A stretch of DNA of 28,695 nt from Elusimicrobiota bacterium. Lineage in GTDB: Bacteria; Elusimicrobiota; Elusimicrobia; Elusimicrobiales; UBA9959. This document shows, piece after piece, positions 1 through 9,180 of the stretch (position 1 is its first letter; every line of letters begins with the position of its first letter). A program made the position numbers and the translations under genes. The stretch is from positions 1 to 28,695 of the forward strand of contig JBAXKK010000026.1 in the NCBI GenBank assembly GCA_037137395.1, read 5' to 3'. Under the pieces are notes generated by a model. That model was given only the letters and a program-made list of their open reading frames with translations. It was not told the origin of the DNA and did not search any database.

Positions 1-53
1 AAACCGGCATACGGGGTAAACCCGTATCAAGGGTTCGAATCCCTTCCTCTCCG
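1..53 (+). tRNA. tRNA-Ser, 3' part (5' end and anticodon outside window)
   Basis: Long variable arm TACGGG-GTAAA-CCCGTA, T-arm AAGGG-TTCGAAT-CCCTT, 3' acceptor strand CCTCTCC plus discriminator G, typical of tRNA-Ser. No encoded CCA. Confidence 0.88.
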
Positions 54-60
54 AAGTTTT

Positions 61-90
61 AAAACCTGGCTATTTTTAGCCGGGTTTTTT
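61..90 (+). terminator. Rho-independent terminator after tRNA-Ser
   Basis: AAAACCTGGCTA-TTTT-TAGCCGGGTTTTTT hairpin with T-run; the A-run on the 5' side suggests it could act in both directions. Confidence 0.75.
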
Positions 91-105
91 AATATTCGGA
101 CATCA

Positions 106-190
106 GGGGAAATAGGGGAAATAAAGTGACACACAACTTAATTAGCTGCTAATTAAGTTGTGTGTCACCTTATTCTGTCACCTTATTCCC
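106..190. repeat. Perfect 21-bp-arm palindrome with short tandem duplications on both flanks (REP-like)
   Basis: GTGACACACAACTTAATTAGC (126-146), T, GCTAATTAAGTTGTGTGTCAC (148-168). GGGGAAATA x2 (106-123) and TGTCACCTTATTC x2 (163-188). Confidence 0.85.
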
Positions 191-199
191 GGTTACTCA

Positions 200-1819
200 T
201 CAGCCGGGGCGAGTTTTATCAAGCCTACGGCGTAGTCGCGAGAAAAATCCGGCAAAATCAAGCTGCAATATGAGACCCGCAGCGAAGGTGGCTTTCGGAA
301 GATATTTGACCCAGCCCGTCAGAAATAAATTGTTGCGGAACAGTGGGCTCTTATCAAGCGATACGATGAACCAACGCGGAAACAAAGATATAACCCTGTT
401 CGGCTTTTTCTTGCTCAGCGAAACATAGCTCCCGAGCATTAAAAAAAGACGCTGAAGGAACACTACATCTTTCTTATTGGTCCTCAGGTCCGTCCGGATA
501 TGCCACTGGCTGAACCCTTTTAAAGATACACCGTCCACGTCTTTTTCGGTTATTATGCCCATTGAAAGCAGCTTTTCAGTGAGGGCCGTTTTGGGGTGAT
601 ACTGAAGCGAATACGTGCACATTCGGAATGGGCGCGGAAGCCGCATCATAAAATCCAGCGTTTTCCGGAGATCGTCCACGGTTTCGAGAGGGTTGTCAAA
701 GATCAGGTCATACGAGGGGAAGATCTTATATTTCCTGAATAGCCCCGCCGCGTTCAGGATCATCGCATCAGGAGTGTTCCTTCCGTACACCTCGCGCCGG
801 ATACGTTCACTTCCGCTTTGCAGGCCCATTGAGATGGTTTTAAGGCCCATCCCGCTTAACGCGGAGATCTTCTCCTCGGTTACATAACTTGGATGTATAT
901 CGCAGTGGAACGCGAGTCCGATCTCGCGCTTGTATCGTTCGCTAAACTCGCGAAGCCATTCCGCGTCCTGCCCGAAAAGTTCGTCGTTGCTCGAGATCCA
1001 GGCGAGGTTCTTGAAGGCTCTTTTTGCGTTCAGGAGTTCGCGTATAACGTTGTCCACGCTTCTTTGGCGGAGCCGCCCTCCTTTCCCTTTGAATATCGAG
1101 TGAAAAACGCTGTTGCTGCAGAAATCACAACGGAAAGGGCATCCGCGCCCCGACATAAAATTATAGTAGGTAAGAGAGTCGTTGTAGAGCGGCTCCCTGT
1201 TCTCGCACTTATCGTCCTCTATCACATACGAGCCGGATACGTCGCTGAAATCGGGCAGCGGCAGCGCGTCAAGATGTTCGGTAACGGGGCACGTCTCGTT
1301 CTGTATCACTGAGCCATCGACTCCCTTTGTCCAGAGGCCGGGGATTCGCGTATGATCCTTTTTATTAAGAATGGCGTCCGCCAGCAGGGGTAGCGGGCCT
1401 TCCCCTTCACCCGCGCATACGATATCAGCATACCGGATACATTCTTCCGGGCAGATAATCGCGTGAGCCCCGCCCCAGATGACCGGCACGGTTATCTCCG
1501 GCTTGAGCGCGGCGGTAATGTCGCGGGCAACCGGGAAGAACGCGGATCGCGTGCTGATGCCCACAAGGCCCGGGGACAGATCTTTTATCAGGTTTTTTAG
1601 AAGCTTATACTCTTTGGCGGTCGGCAGGGCCATTTCGTTGGTTTTGTCGCGCTTAAAGAAGACCATGCTTACGGTATGCCCGCTCTTCTTCAGCACATCG
1701 GACAGTGTCCGCGGGCCGAAAGCCCCGAAATGGTAAAGGGATATGAGGACCACATGCAGGCCGCCGGCCGCGGCCGTGTGTTCCGGAGTCTGAATTTGTC
1801 CCTCACTAGTATCGTGCAT
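200..1819 (-). CDS. B12-binding domain-containing radical SAM protein (class B methyltransferase-like)
   Basis: N-terminal cobalamin-binding fold (LVGIS...VIWGGAHA...GEGE), CxxxCxxC motif GRGCPFRCDFC, GLQSGSERIR motif, AAGGA SD upstream. Confidence 0.9.
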   Translation of the reverse strand: MHDTSEGQIQTPEHTAAAGGLHVVLISLYHFGAFGPRTLSDVLKKSGHTVSMVFFKRDKTNEMALPTAKEYKLLKNLIKDLSPGLVGISTRSAFFPVARDITAALKPEITVPVIWGGAHAIICPEECIRYADIVCAGEGEGPLPLLADAILNKKDHTRIPGLWTKGVDGSVIQNETCPVTEHLDALPLPDFSDVSGSYVIEDDKCENREPLYNDSLTYYNFMSGRGCPFRCDFCSNSVFHSIFKGKGGRLRQRSVDNVIRELLNAKRAFKNLAWISSNDELFGQDAEWLREFSERYKREIGLAFHCDIHPSYVTEEKISALSGMGLKTISMGLQSGSERIRREVYGRNTPDAMILNAAGLFRKYKIFPSYDLIFDNPLETVDDLRKTLDFMMRLPRPFRMCTYSLQYHPKTALTEKLLSMGIITEKDVDGVSLKGFSQWHIRTDLRTNKKDVVFLQRLFLMLGSYVSLSKKKPNRVISLFPRWFIVSLDKSPLFRNNLFLTGWVKYLPKATFAAGLILQLDFAGFFSRLRRRLDKTRPG

Positions 1820-1854
1820 ATGTAAGTTTTCCTTGAGAGTATTATATTATAATT

Positions 1855-2000
1855 GCGGGCCCAGCTGTGTGGGCCGACCCTTTCGGACCCGGCTGGCAGT
1901 CTTCCTCCGGCGAGCCGCAGGCGTGGTCATACAGCGACGCCTGTGGCGCCGGCCTAAACTTCGAAAATTCAGCGCGGGCGCTTGGCAGTTTGTTTCCCGC
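1855..2000. other. GC-rich rod-like structured intergenic element (ncRNA or REP/MITE-like)
   Basis: GCGGG 1855-59 pairs with CCCGC 1996-2000; AGCTGT 1863-68 with GCAGTT 1985-90; inner stem GCCGCAGGCGT 1914-24 with ACGCCTGTGGC 1937-47. Confidence 0.45.
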
Positions 2001-2025
2001 CTGTTAAAATCATAAAATCATACTG

Positions 2026-2982
2026 ATGACCCTTTTTGTAAAAACCTCCGCGGCCTCTGTCAAAAAAGCCGCCGCGCTGATACGCGCTGGCGGGACGGTG
2101 GTTTTTCCGACCGAGACCGTTTACGGCCTGGGGGCCGACGCCCTGAACGCCAAGGCGGTAGCCAGAATTTTTGAAATCAAAAAGAGACCGCATTTTGACC
2201 CTCTTATAGTACATGTATCATCCATCCGGCAGACCAGGACCCTCGCGCGGGTAAGCGCCGGGGCTGAGGCCCTGATGACGCGCTTTTGGCCGGGCCCCCT
2301 GACTCTGGTGCTACCGAAAAAAAGAATAGTTCCGGACATAGTCACGGCCGGGCTGGAGACGGTAGCCCTGCGTATGCCGTCACATCCCGTGGCCATGTCG
2401 CTGATAAAAAAGGCGGGGACACCCATAGCCGCGCCCAGCGCCAACAGCTTTGGATCTTTAAGCCCGACTACCGCCAGCCACGCGCGCGGCCAGCTCAAGG
2501 ACGGTCCGGACATGATCCTAGACGGCGGACCGACTCGCATAGGCGTGGAATCAACCGTTCTGGCGCTGATTAAAGGAGCCTTTGTGATATTGCGCCACGG
2601 CGGTCTGCCCCGGGAGGAGATAGAGCTGGTTACCGGGCCGCTGAGCGCCGCTTTAAAAGGGGGGAAACGCCCTATATCTCCCGGTCAGCTGAAGAAGCAT
2701 TATTCTCCGCGCGCCCGACTTCGCGTCATAAAAAAAGCGCCGCTGAAACTTAAGGCCGGCCTTAAATACGGCTATCTGGCTTTCAAGTCAAAACCGGCGC
2801 TCCCGGTAAAACGCGCCGAGATACTTTCGCGCTCCGGTAATCTGGCTGAAGCCGCGGCCAATTTATTTTCCCACCTGCACAAGCTGGACAGGGCCGGAGT
2901 TGATATTATTCTGGCGGAGGCGGTGCCGTCAACCGGTCTTGGCCGGGCGATAATGGACAGGCTCAGGCGGGCGGCCCGGTAA
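2026..2982 (+). CDS. tsaC: L-threonylcarbamoyladenylate synthase (Sua5/TsaC with C-terminal SUA5 domain)
   Basis: VVFPTETVYGLGADA, KKRP..DPLIVH, FWPGPLT, APSAN, GVESTV and SPGQLKKHYSP motifs. Confidence 0.96.
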   Translation: MTLFVKTSAASVKKAAALIRAGGTVVFPTETVYGLGADALNAKAVARIFEIKKRPHFDPLIVHVSSIRQTRTLARVSAGAEALMTRFWPGPLTLVLPKKRIVPDIVTAGLETVALRMPSHPVAMSLIKKAGTPIAAPSANSFGSLSPTTASHARGQLKDGPDMILDGGPTRIGVESTVLALIKGAFVILRHGGLPREEIELVTGPLSAALKGGKRPISPGQLKKHYSPRARLRVIKKAPLKLKAGLKYGYLAFKSKPALPVKRAEILSRSGNLAEAAANLFSHLHKLDRAGVDIILAEAVPSTGLGRAIMDRLRRAAR

Positions 2983-3067
2983 GCGGGGCGGCCATAGAGA
3001 GGCAAAGCCGTTCAGACGCAAGGCAATTCAGCCACACATATAGACATCATTAGACAGGATCCTTAAT

Positions 3068-4378
3068 ATGAAAAAAAAAGAAGCGGCCATTGAGATAGTA
3101 AAGAAATTTATACAGAGCGACCCGCATAAAGCGGCACAGGCGCTTGAAACACTTGCCGCCGCTGACGCGGCACAGGTGCTGAAAGAATTGCCGTCGGCAA
3201 TCGCGGCCCAGTGCCTTGAACATCTGCCGCCGCTGACCGCCGCGCAGTTGCTGGAAAAGAATTCCAAAGAGGAAGCCGCATCCATACTGCTGAATGTGGG
3301 CAAGTATCACGCGGCCGACGTCTTCCGCCGCTTCAATCCGGCTTTTTCAAAAGCTGTTATTCCTCTGCTCGCCCTAGATTTCTCCAAGGATATGGCCGAA
3401 ATACTGGCTTACCCCAAAGAGAGCGCGGGCCGCATGATGCACACGGATTTCCTGTCCTTCCGCAAAGACATGAAGGTAAAGGAAGTAATACTCAAACTGC
3501 GCCAAATCGCGAAAAAACATCTGCCCACAGCCTACTGCTATGTTGTGGACGACTCAAATGTCCTGCTCGGCGTGCTTAACATGCGCGATCTCCTGCTGGC
3601 TCCGCTCGACGCGCGCGTCGAGGAGATTATGATCAAGGATGTGGTAAAAGTCGCGCCTTTCACCGACCGCGAAGAGCTGGTAGTAATGTTCTCAAGGAAG
3701 CATTACCTCGCCGTTCCTGTGGTAAATGAGGCCGGCCGCATAATCGGCACCGTCAACACGAAGAACATCATCGCCTCAACAGAGGAAGAGGCCACGGAAG
3801 ACCTGCAGATATTATTCGGCGCCAGCGCCGAGGAGCGCGTTTATTCTCCGGCTAAATTCAAGATAAAAAAACGCCTACCCTGGCTGCATATTAATCTGGC
3901 CACCGTATTCCTGGCTGGCGCCGTGGTGGCTATGTTTGAAGGTCTGATAGCAAAAGTGGCAGTGCTGGCCGTCTTTCTACCGATAGTGGCAGGGCAGGGC
4001 AGCAACGCCGGCACCCAGACGCTCTCGGTTGTCCTGCGGGGAATGATAATGCGCGAAATTGAGCCCAAAAGCGCGATGAAGATGGTTATGACCGAGGTCT
4101 GGGTGGGGTTCGTGAACGGCGCGGCCACAGGTCTGGTGACCGCTTTAGCAGTCTGGATCTGGAAAGGAAACCCCTACCTGGGACTGGTAGTCGGGGCTGC
4201 AATGCTGGTTAACCTTGTAGCCGCGGGGCTCAGCGGAGCGCTCATACCGCTGACCATGAAAAAACTCGGCTTTGACCCGGCGCATTCTTCAGGTATCGTG
4301 CTGACCACGATCACGGATGTGGTGGGATTCACCGCTTTCCTAAGCCTAGCCTGGTTCTTCCAGAGCAAATTAATATAA
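3068..4378 (+). CDS. mgtE: Magnesium transporter MgtE
   Basis: N-domain, YPKESAGRMM, tandem CBS domains, KKRLPWL, GQGSNAGTQ, DPAHSSGIVLTTITDVVG transmembrane motifs. Confidence 0.95.
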   Translation: MKKKEAAIEIVKKFIQSDPHKAAQALETLAAADAAQVLKELPSAIAAQCLEHLPPLTAAQLLEKNSKEEAASILLNVGKYHAADVFRRFNPAFSKAVIPLLALDFSKDMAEILAYPKESAGRMMHTDFLSFRKDMKVKEVILKLRQIAKKHLPTAYCYVVDDSNVLLGVLNMRDLLLAPLDARVEEIMIKDVVKVAPFTDREELVVMFSRKHYLAVPVVNEAGRIIGTVNTKNIIASTEEEATEDLQILFGASAEERVYSPAKFKIKKRLPWLHINLATVFLAGAVVAMFEGLIAKVAVLAVFLPIVAGQGSNAGTQTLSVVLRGMIMREIEPKSAMKMVMTEVWVGFVNGAATGLVTALAVWIWKGNPYLGLVVGAAMLVNLVAAGLSGALIPLTMKKLGFDPAHSSGIVLTTITDVVGFTAFLSLAWFFQSKLI

Positions 4379-4382
4379 AAGC

Positions 4383-4481
4383 CGGAAAACGTAAAACGGG
4401 AAGCGGAAGAAGTTTACAACCCCGACTTCCCGTTTTACGCTTTCCGTTTTACTCTTCCCGCTTTACGCTTTCCGTTTTACG
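4383..4481. repeat. Inverted heptamer tandem arrays between convergent genes (probable bidirectional terminator)
   Basis: CGGAAAA-CGTAAAA-CGGGAAG (4383-4403) is complementary to 8 units CTTCCCG/TTTTACG/CTTTCCG... (4426-4481). Confidence 0.8.
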
Positions 4482-4484
4482 ATA

Positions 4485-5600
4485 CTAACGCTTGAGCAAT
4501 TCCCGGTAGTAGAGGAAGGTCTTGCGGGCCATGACTTCCGCGGTAAAGTCCGCGCGCACCAAGGCAAGACCACGCTCCGCCATGGCGCGAATGTCGCCTG
4601 TATCTGACAGCGCTTGTTTCAGCCGGACATAAAGGGCTGTGTCGTCGCCGGGAGGGAACAACATGCCGGTCTCATTAGCCCGCACCAACTCCCCGTTCCC
4701 CGAGATATCGCTGGCTATAACCGGGACGCCCATCGCCATTGACTCGCGGATGGAACCGCTTAAAGCCTCTCCTTTGATGGCGCAGTTAAGGCTCACGGCC
4801 AGCACCGATAATATCTCCGGCACATCCTGCCTTAAGCCCAGAAGCCTGGTGTTTTCCGGCGGAACGCCTTTCTGCGTCAATAGCTCCCGCACCTCGCCGG
4901 AATCCGTATCCCTGCCGGCCAGCAGCAGAATAATTTTCTTTCTTTCGCCCATAAGCCGGGAAACCGCCTCTATAAGGACGCGCTGCCCCTTGTCAAAACT
5001 ATAATTGCCCACTAATCCCACCACGGGCACCCCCGGAGGAAGAGCAAGCTCTTTGATTATCCGTTCACTGGGCGGGCAGGGCTTAAATCGCGTCGTATCA
5101 ACGCCGCTGTAAATTGTCCGGACCTTATCGGCGGCGATACCATAAGCCAGAAACATGGCGCGTATGGCTTCAGCCACCGTGATATACCCGTTGACGAGGG
5201 AACTTTTGTACTTGAGCCGGGCGAAGAAAGTTTTTATAAGCGGGTGGGAGACCCTGCGCGTGACGACAAAAACCGGCCTGCGGCGGGTTATCGCTTTCGC
5301 GATAAGGCCCATGGCGTGAGCTTTAGGATGATGGGCGTGAATAACGTCCGGCTTCCAGCGTTCTATCAGATGAGCCAGTTTATAGGCGCAGGGCAGATCA
5401 TAATCACGCCCGGGCCTGAAATTATAAAGTTCCAAACCGGCCGCGTCCGCTTTTTTCCACAGGTCGCCGCCCTCCGGGGCCGCGAGCATATTTTTATGGC
5501 CCCTGGCCTCGAGCTGAACGGCCAGGGCGAGAGCCTGGGCGGCGCCGCCGGACCAGCCGAAACTTTCGCTGAGGTGCAGTACCCTGAGATTACGTTCCAT
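4485..5600 (-). CDS. Glycosyltransferase family 4 protein
   Basis: GGAAQ N-terminal motif, PDVIHAH, IYSGVD, KGQRVLIEA, EALSGSIRESMAMGVPVIASDISGNGE (EX7E). Confidence 0.92.
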   Translation of the reverse strand: MERNLRVLHLSESFGWSGGAAQALALAVQLEARGHKNMLAAPEGGDLWKKADAAGLELYNFRPGRDYDLPCAYKLAHLIERWKPDVIHAHHPKAHAMGLIAKAITRRRPVFVVTRRVSHPLIKTFFARLKYKSSLVNGYITVAEAIRAMFLAYGIAADKVRTIYSGVDTTRFKPCPPSERIIKELALPPGVPVVGLVGNYSFDKGQRVLIEAVSRLMGERKKIILLLAGRDTDSGEVRELLTQKGVPPENTRLLGLRQDVPEILSVLAVSLNCAIKGEALSGSIRESMAMGVPVIASDISGNGELVRANETGMLFPPGDDTALYVRLKQALSDTGDIRAMAERGLALVRADFTAEVMARKTFLYYRELLKR

Positions 5601-5699
5601 GGTTATATTCTATAAAATAACAAAAAGGCGGCGCGCCTTTCTTCACTCTCGACAAAATTTGTAAACTAAGTAAACTTGAACAGCGCAAAGGAGAATCAG

Positions 5700-6845
5700 A
5701 TGCAGAACTTCACTTTTCACAATCCCACCCGCATAATCTTTGGAAAGGGAACCATCGCTAAACTAGGAGCCGAGGCATCCCGGGCCGGCAAAAAAGCTCT
5801 GCTGGTCTACGGGGGGGGAAGCATAAAGAAGAACGGCGTCTACGACGCGGTCTCCGCCTCGCTTGCCGCCGCCGGTATAACAGTGATCGAGCACGCCGGC
5901 GTAAAACCCAATCCCGTTCTGAGCCACGCGCGCGAAGGCGTCAAAAAAGCCGGAGAGAACGGCTGCGACATGGTAATAGCGGCCGGCGGCGGCTCAGCGA
6001 TAGACGAGGCGAAGGCGATAGCGGCCGGCGCCGCGTACGGCGGGGATTTGTGGGATTTTTTTAGCGGCAAGGCCGGCATAAAAGACGCACTGCCGCTTTT
6101 TGCAGTGCTGACAATTCCCGCGACCGGCTCCGAAATGAACTCAGGCTGCGTGATAACCAATGAGGCGACAAAAGAAAAATTCGCCGCCATGGGTTCAGCG
6201 CTTTTCCCCAGAGTTTCCATTCTGGACCCGGGAACTACCATGACGCTCCCACAAGCGCAGGTGGCTTACGGCGCGGTGGACGCGCTGTCCCATCTTATCG
6301 AGGGATATTTTTCAACCACGGACAGAGACGTCATAGTTACCGACGAGATTACGCATGCCCTGGCGCGCTCTATTATCGCTTCAACCGAAAGGATTCTGAA
6401 AGACCCGAAAGATTATAACGCGCGCGCCTCCATGATGTGGTCGGCCACCATGGCTTTAAACGGCCTGCAATCGCTCGGCTACGGCGGCACGAGCTTCACC
6501 AATCACGCCATAGAGCATTCGCTCAGCGCGCTGTACGATATAGCCCACGGCGCGGGCCTGGCCATAGTTATCCCGGCCTGGTTTAAACACCACCTGAGGA
6601 AGGACGGACCCGCGCGGCTGGAAAAATTCGGCGCGGCGGTGTTCGGAGTCAGGACAGCCGAAGAAACAATAGCTGCCTTTGAGGCCTGGTCCGGGAAGAT
6701 CGGCGCGCCCACCCGCCTTTCAGACGCAAATATACCGGCACAGGACATTCCGAAGATAGCGGAAAACGCAATGGGACTTATAAGCAAATGGGGAATAGAT
6801 TACACCCGGACGGAGATTGAGAACATCCTCAATAAAGCGGCTTAG
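5700..6845 (+). CDS. Iron-containing alcohol dehydrogenase (butanol dehydrogenase BdhA/B-like)
   Basis: NFTFHNPTRIIFGKG, YGGGSIKKNG, GGGSAIDEAK, TIPATGSEMN, HAIEHSLSALYDIAHGAGLA. The ATG at 5700 follows a GGAG SD and is preferred over the track start at 5676. Confidence 0.93.
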   Translation: MQNFTFHNPTRIIFGKGTIAKLGAEASRAGKKALLVYGGGSIKKNGVYDAVSASLAAAGITVIEHAGVKPNPVLSHAREGVKKAGENGCDMVIAAGGGSAIDEAKAIAAGAAYGGDLWDFFSGKAGIKDALPLFAVLTIPATGSEMNSGCVITNEATKEKFAAMGSALFPRVSILDPGTTMTLPQAQVAYGAVDALSHLIEGYFSTTDRDVIVTDEITHALARSIIASTERILKDPKDYNARASMMWSATMALNGLQSLGYGGTSFTNHAIEHSLSALYDIAHGAGLAIVIPAWFKHHLRKDGPARLEKFGAAVFGVRTAEETIAAFEAWSGKIGAPTRLSDANIPAQDIPKIAENAMGLISKWGIDYTRTEIENILNKAA

Positions 6846-6855
6846 GTTTTCCAGG

Positions 6856-9123
6856 TCAGCCCATGATATATTCAAGGTATTTGCCGTAAATATATACCGC
6901 GCGGTCCGCTGAGCGGAAGACGGGAATCCCCAGCTCCATCGCGTAATCACAATACAGATCATATCTAGCCCCGGCCGCCACGCAGAAGATCAGAGGTTTG
7001 CTCTCCTGCTGGACATGTTCGGCGGTATGTTTCAGAAAGGACCGCTCAAACGCGTCCGGATGATCGCCGCGTCCCTTCGGCAGAGTATTCATGGCGGGGG
7101 TAAGCGGCACCATCGCCAGCACAACCGCCCCGAATTCTTTTGAGCCCAGAGCCATATCGGTCAGAGGCCCGATGGCGGCGTCAGGCGCCATGGGCGTCAC
7201 GTCCATCGGATTCTTTACGTCCACGATCCCGTCAAGCCTGAACTCCTTCAGGACCGCGCGCATATCTTCCATAAGCCGCTCATCCGTCATATCAACAGTG
7301 ATACGCCCTCCGACGCCGTCCGCCATACCGGCGGACTCAAATCCGGCGTTACTCATAAAAAAAGTATTGCCTGTCCTGATATTGAAGTTGGAGAAATAGC
7401 AGGCCATGATGGCGAGATCGTTAAATTCATCAAAGCTATCAGCCACCAGCGCGCCCGCCGCCTCCAGTATTGTTTTGGTCACAAGATAATCACCGGCGAT
7501 CGAGGCTGTATGGCCCATAACAGCCTTCTGCCCCATCGCCGTCCGGCCGGCCTTATAGACTATCACCAATTTGCCCTTTTCGCGCGCCTTCTCCACTACC
7601 TTAGCCAGAAGCAGACCGTCAGCGTACTTGAAACCTTCCAGATATACCAGAAGGACCTTAATCTCGTCCTCTTCGCAAAGCCTCTCGACATAATCCACCA
7701 CGGTTACATCCTGCTGGTTGCCGACGGTGACGCTGTAAACGGGTTTTAGCCACGCCATTTTGCTTAGCGAAGAAATGACAAACGCGCCGCTCTGACTGAC
7801 AAAAGCGGTCTTGGCTATATGCGGGTTTTCGCCGAGCGGGTAATCCAGTTTATATTCCGGTATGAAAAGCGTATTTACCATTGAGCGGGGAAGCACGATG
7901 CCCAACGAATTTCCGCCACTAAGGACAAAATCCGGGTTTTTTTCTTTAGCCTTCGCTATGGCGCGCACCACGCTTGCGCCAACATCCTCACTACCGGCTT
8001 TCTCGCCCATCCCGCCTGAAATCAGGACCACGCCGTTAACATTGCCGGACGCGCCTGCCCTGGCCAGAACTTCCGGAACTTCCGCCGAGGGCACAGCCAC
8101 AACATACATATCCACCGTCTCAGGCAGATCTTTAGGGTCGGCGTAACACTTTACCCCGTCAACTTCGGCCAGCCCTTCCTTTATTATATAGATCCGCTTG
8201 CTGTCAAAGCCTGCTTTGACGATATTATTTAAGATGATGCGGGCCATGTTCATCTTTTTTTCGCTCACGCCCACTACCGCAACCGCGCGCGGGCTTAAAA
8301 GTCCGGCCACGCCTTTCTTGGACGGGCGCGCGCGCTCTTTATTTTGAGCGGGGCGAAAGCGGAGCACTCCGTCCAGCGCCACCAAGCGGCCTTTTGAGAC
8401 CGCCACAGGATTTACTTCGAATTCTTCGATGGCGAATTTTGAAGCCCCGCCGTCCCGGAAATACCTCATAATGTAGGCGAAAGATTCCAGCCAGTTTATC
8501 ATCTCGCCGTCATTGGCTATGCGTTTCCCGCCGCGCACCTTGCCCGATGTATATTGCCAGATCCAGGACTTGTCCAGAAAATTCTGCCACTCAGCCCCAT
8601 TATGCATAAGTTCCACTGGCGCGATGGCCGGGCTTGTGCCGGGCTTAAGTGACGCGGTCAGGGCCTCGGCGTTGGTGCCGCCAGCGCCCAGCGTAACTAT
8701 GGGACCGAAGGCGTCGTCGGACCTGGCACCCAGCATTAATTCTTCGCCCAGCGCGAAGGGGGAATGTTCGGCAAACTCGCAGGCCATAATGCCCTCAACG
8801 CCCGGAAACTTTTCCCGCATACCGCTCAGCGCCGTCTCCACGGCGTCCTTTTCGCGGGACAGTATCTTCACTCCGCCGGACTCGGTCTTGTGCAGGGTAC
8901 CGGATGAAACGATTTTCATCACAACATTCCGGCCTTCAAGCCTGGACACTATATCAAGGGCGGCCGCGGACGGGTCAAGATCCGCCAAGGGATAAAACAA
9001 GCGCTTTGGGACAGCCAGACCGGCCAGGGCGAGTATCTCATAAACCTCGGTCTCAAGCAAAGCCGTCCGCTTCTGGGCGTGAGCATTCTCAAATATTGCT
9101 TCAATAGCGTTTAATTTTTCCAT
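6856..9123 (-). CDS. Acetate/acyl-CoA ligase (ADP-forming), fused beta (ATP-grasp) - alpha (CoA-binding/ligase) protein
   Basis: N-terminal ATP-grasp (KIVS...HKTESGGV, DDAFGPIV, EVNP, LDG), then CoA-binding (SPRAVAVVGVS), SQSGA, VGNQQDV, KAGRT...GHTASIAG with phospho-His, and NPMDVT. Confidence 0.88.
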   Translation of the reverse strand: MEKLNAIEAIFENAHAQKRTALLETEVYEILALAGLAVPKRLFYPLADLDPSAAALDIVSRLEGRNVVMKIVSSGTLHKTESGGVKILSREKDAVETALSGMREKFPGVEGIMACEFAEHSPFALGEELMLGARSDDAFGPIVTLGAGGTNAEALTASLKPGTSPAIAPVELMHNGAEWQNFLDKSWIWQYTSGKVRGGKRIANDGEMINWLESFAYIMRYFRDGGASKFAIEEFEVNPVAVSKGRLVALDGVLRFRPAQNKERARPSKKGVAGLLSPRAVAVVGVSEKKMNMARIILNNIVKAGFDSKRIYIIKEGLAEVDGVKCYADPKDLPETVDMYVVAVPSAEVPEVLARAGASGNVNGVVLISGGMGEKAGSEDVGASVVRAIAKAKEKNPDFVLSGGNSLGIVLPRSMVNTLFIPEYKLDYPLGENPHIAKTAFVSQSGAFVISSLSKMAWLKPVYSVTVGNQQDVTVVDYVERLCEEDEIKVLLVYLEGFKYADGLLLAKVVEKAREKGKLVIVYKAGRTAMGQKAVMGHTASIAGDYLVTKTILEAAGALVADSFDEFNDLAIMACYFSNFNIRTGNTFFMSNAGFESAGMADGVGGRITVDMTDERLMEDMRAVLKEFRLDGIVDVKNPMDVTPMAPDAAIGPLTDMALGSKEFGAVVLAMVPLTPAMNTLPKGRGDHPDAFERSFLKHTAEHVQQESKPLIFCVAAGARYDLYCDYAMELGIPVFRSADRAVYIYGKYLEYIMG

Positions 9124-9180
9124 AATATTTTGACCCGTAAAAAAAATGACTATAAGTAATAATACCCCAGTCCTCCAACC

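Noticed and set aside
1855..2000. Cobalamin riboswitch upstream of the B12 radical SAM gene (minus strand)
   Set aside because: Only loose GGGAA and GAAGACTGCC resemblance; no GGTGNAANTCC or GCCACTG..GGGAAG box. The likely -10 for that gene lies downstream of the structure.
2983..3067. M-box riboswitch before mgtE
   Set aside because: The intergenic region is only 85 bp and lacks M-box conserved sequences.
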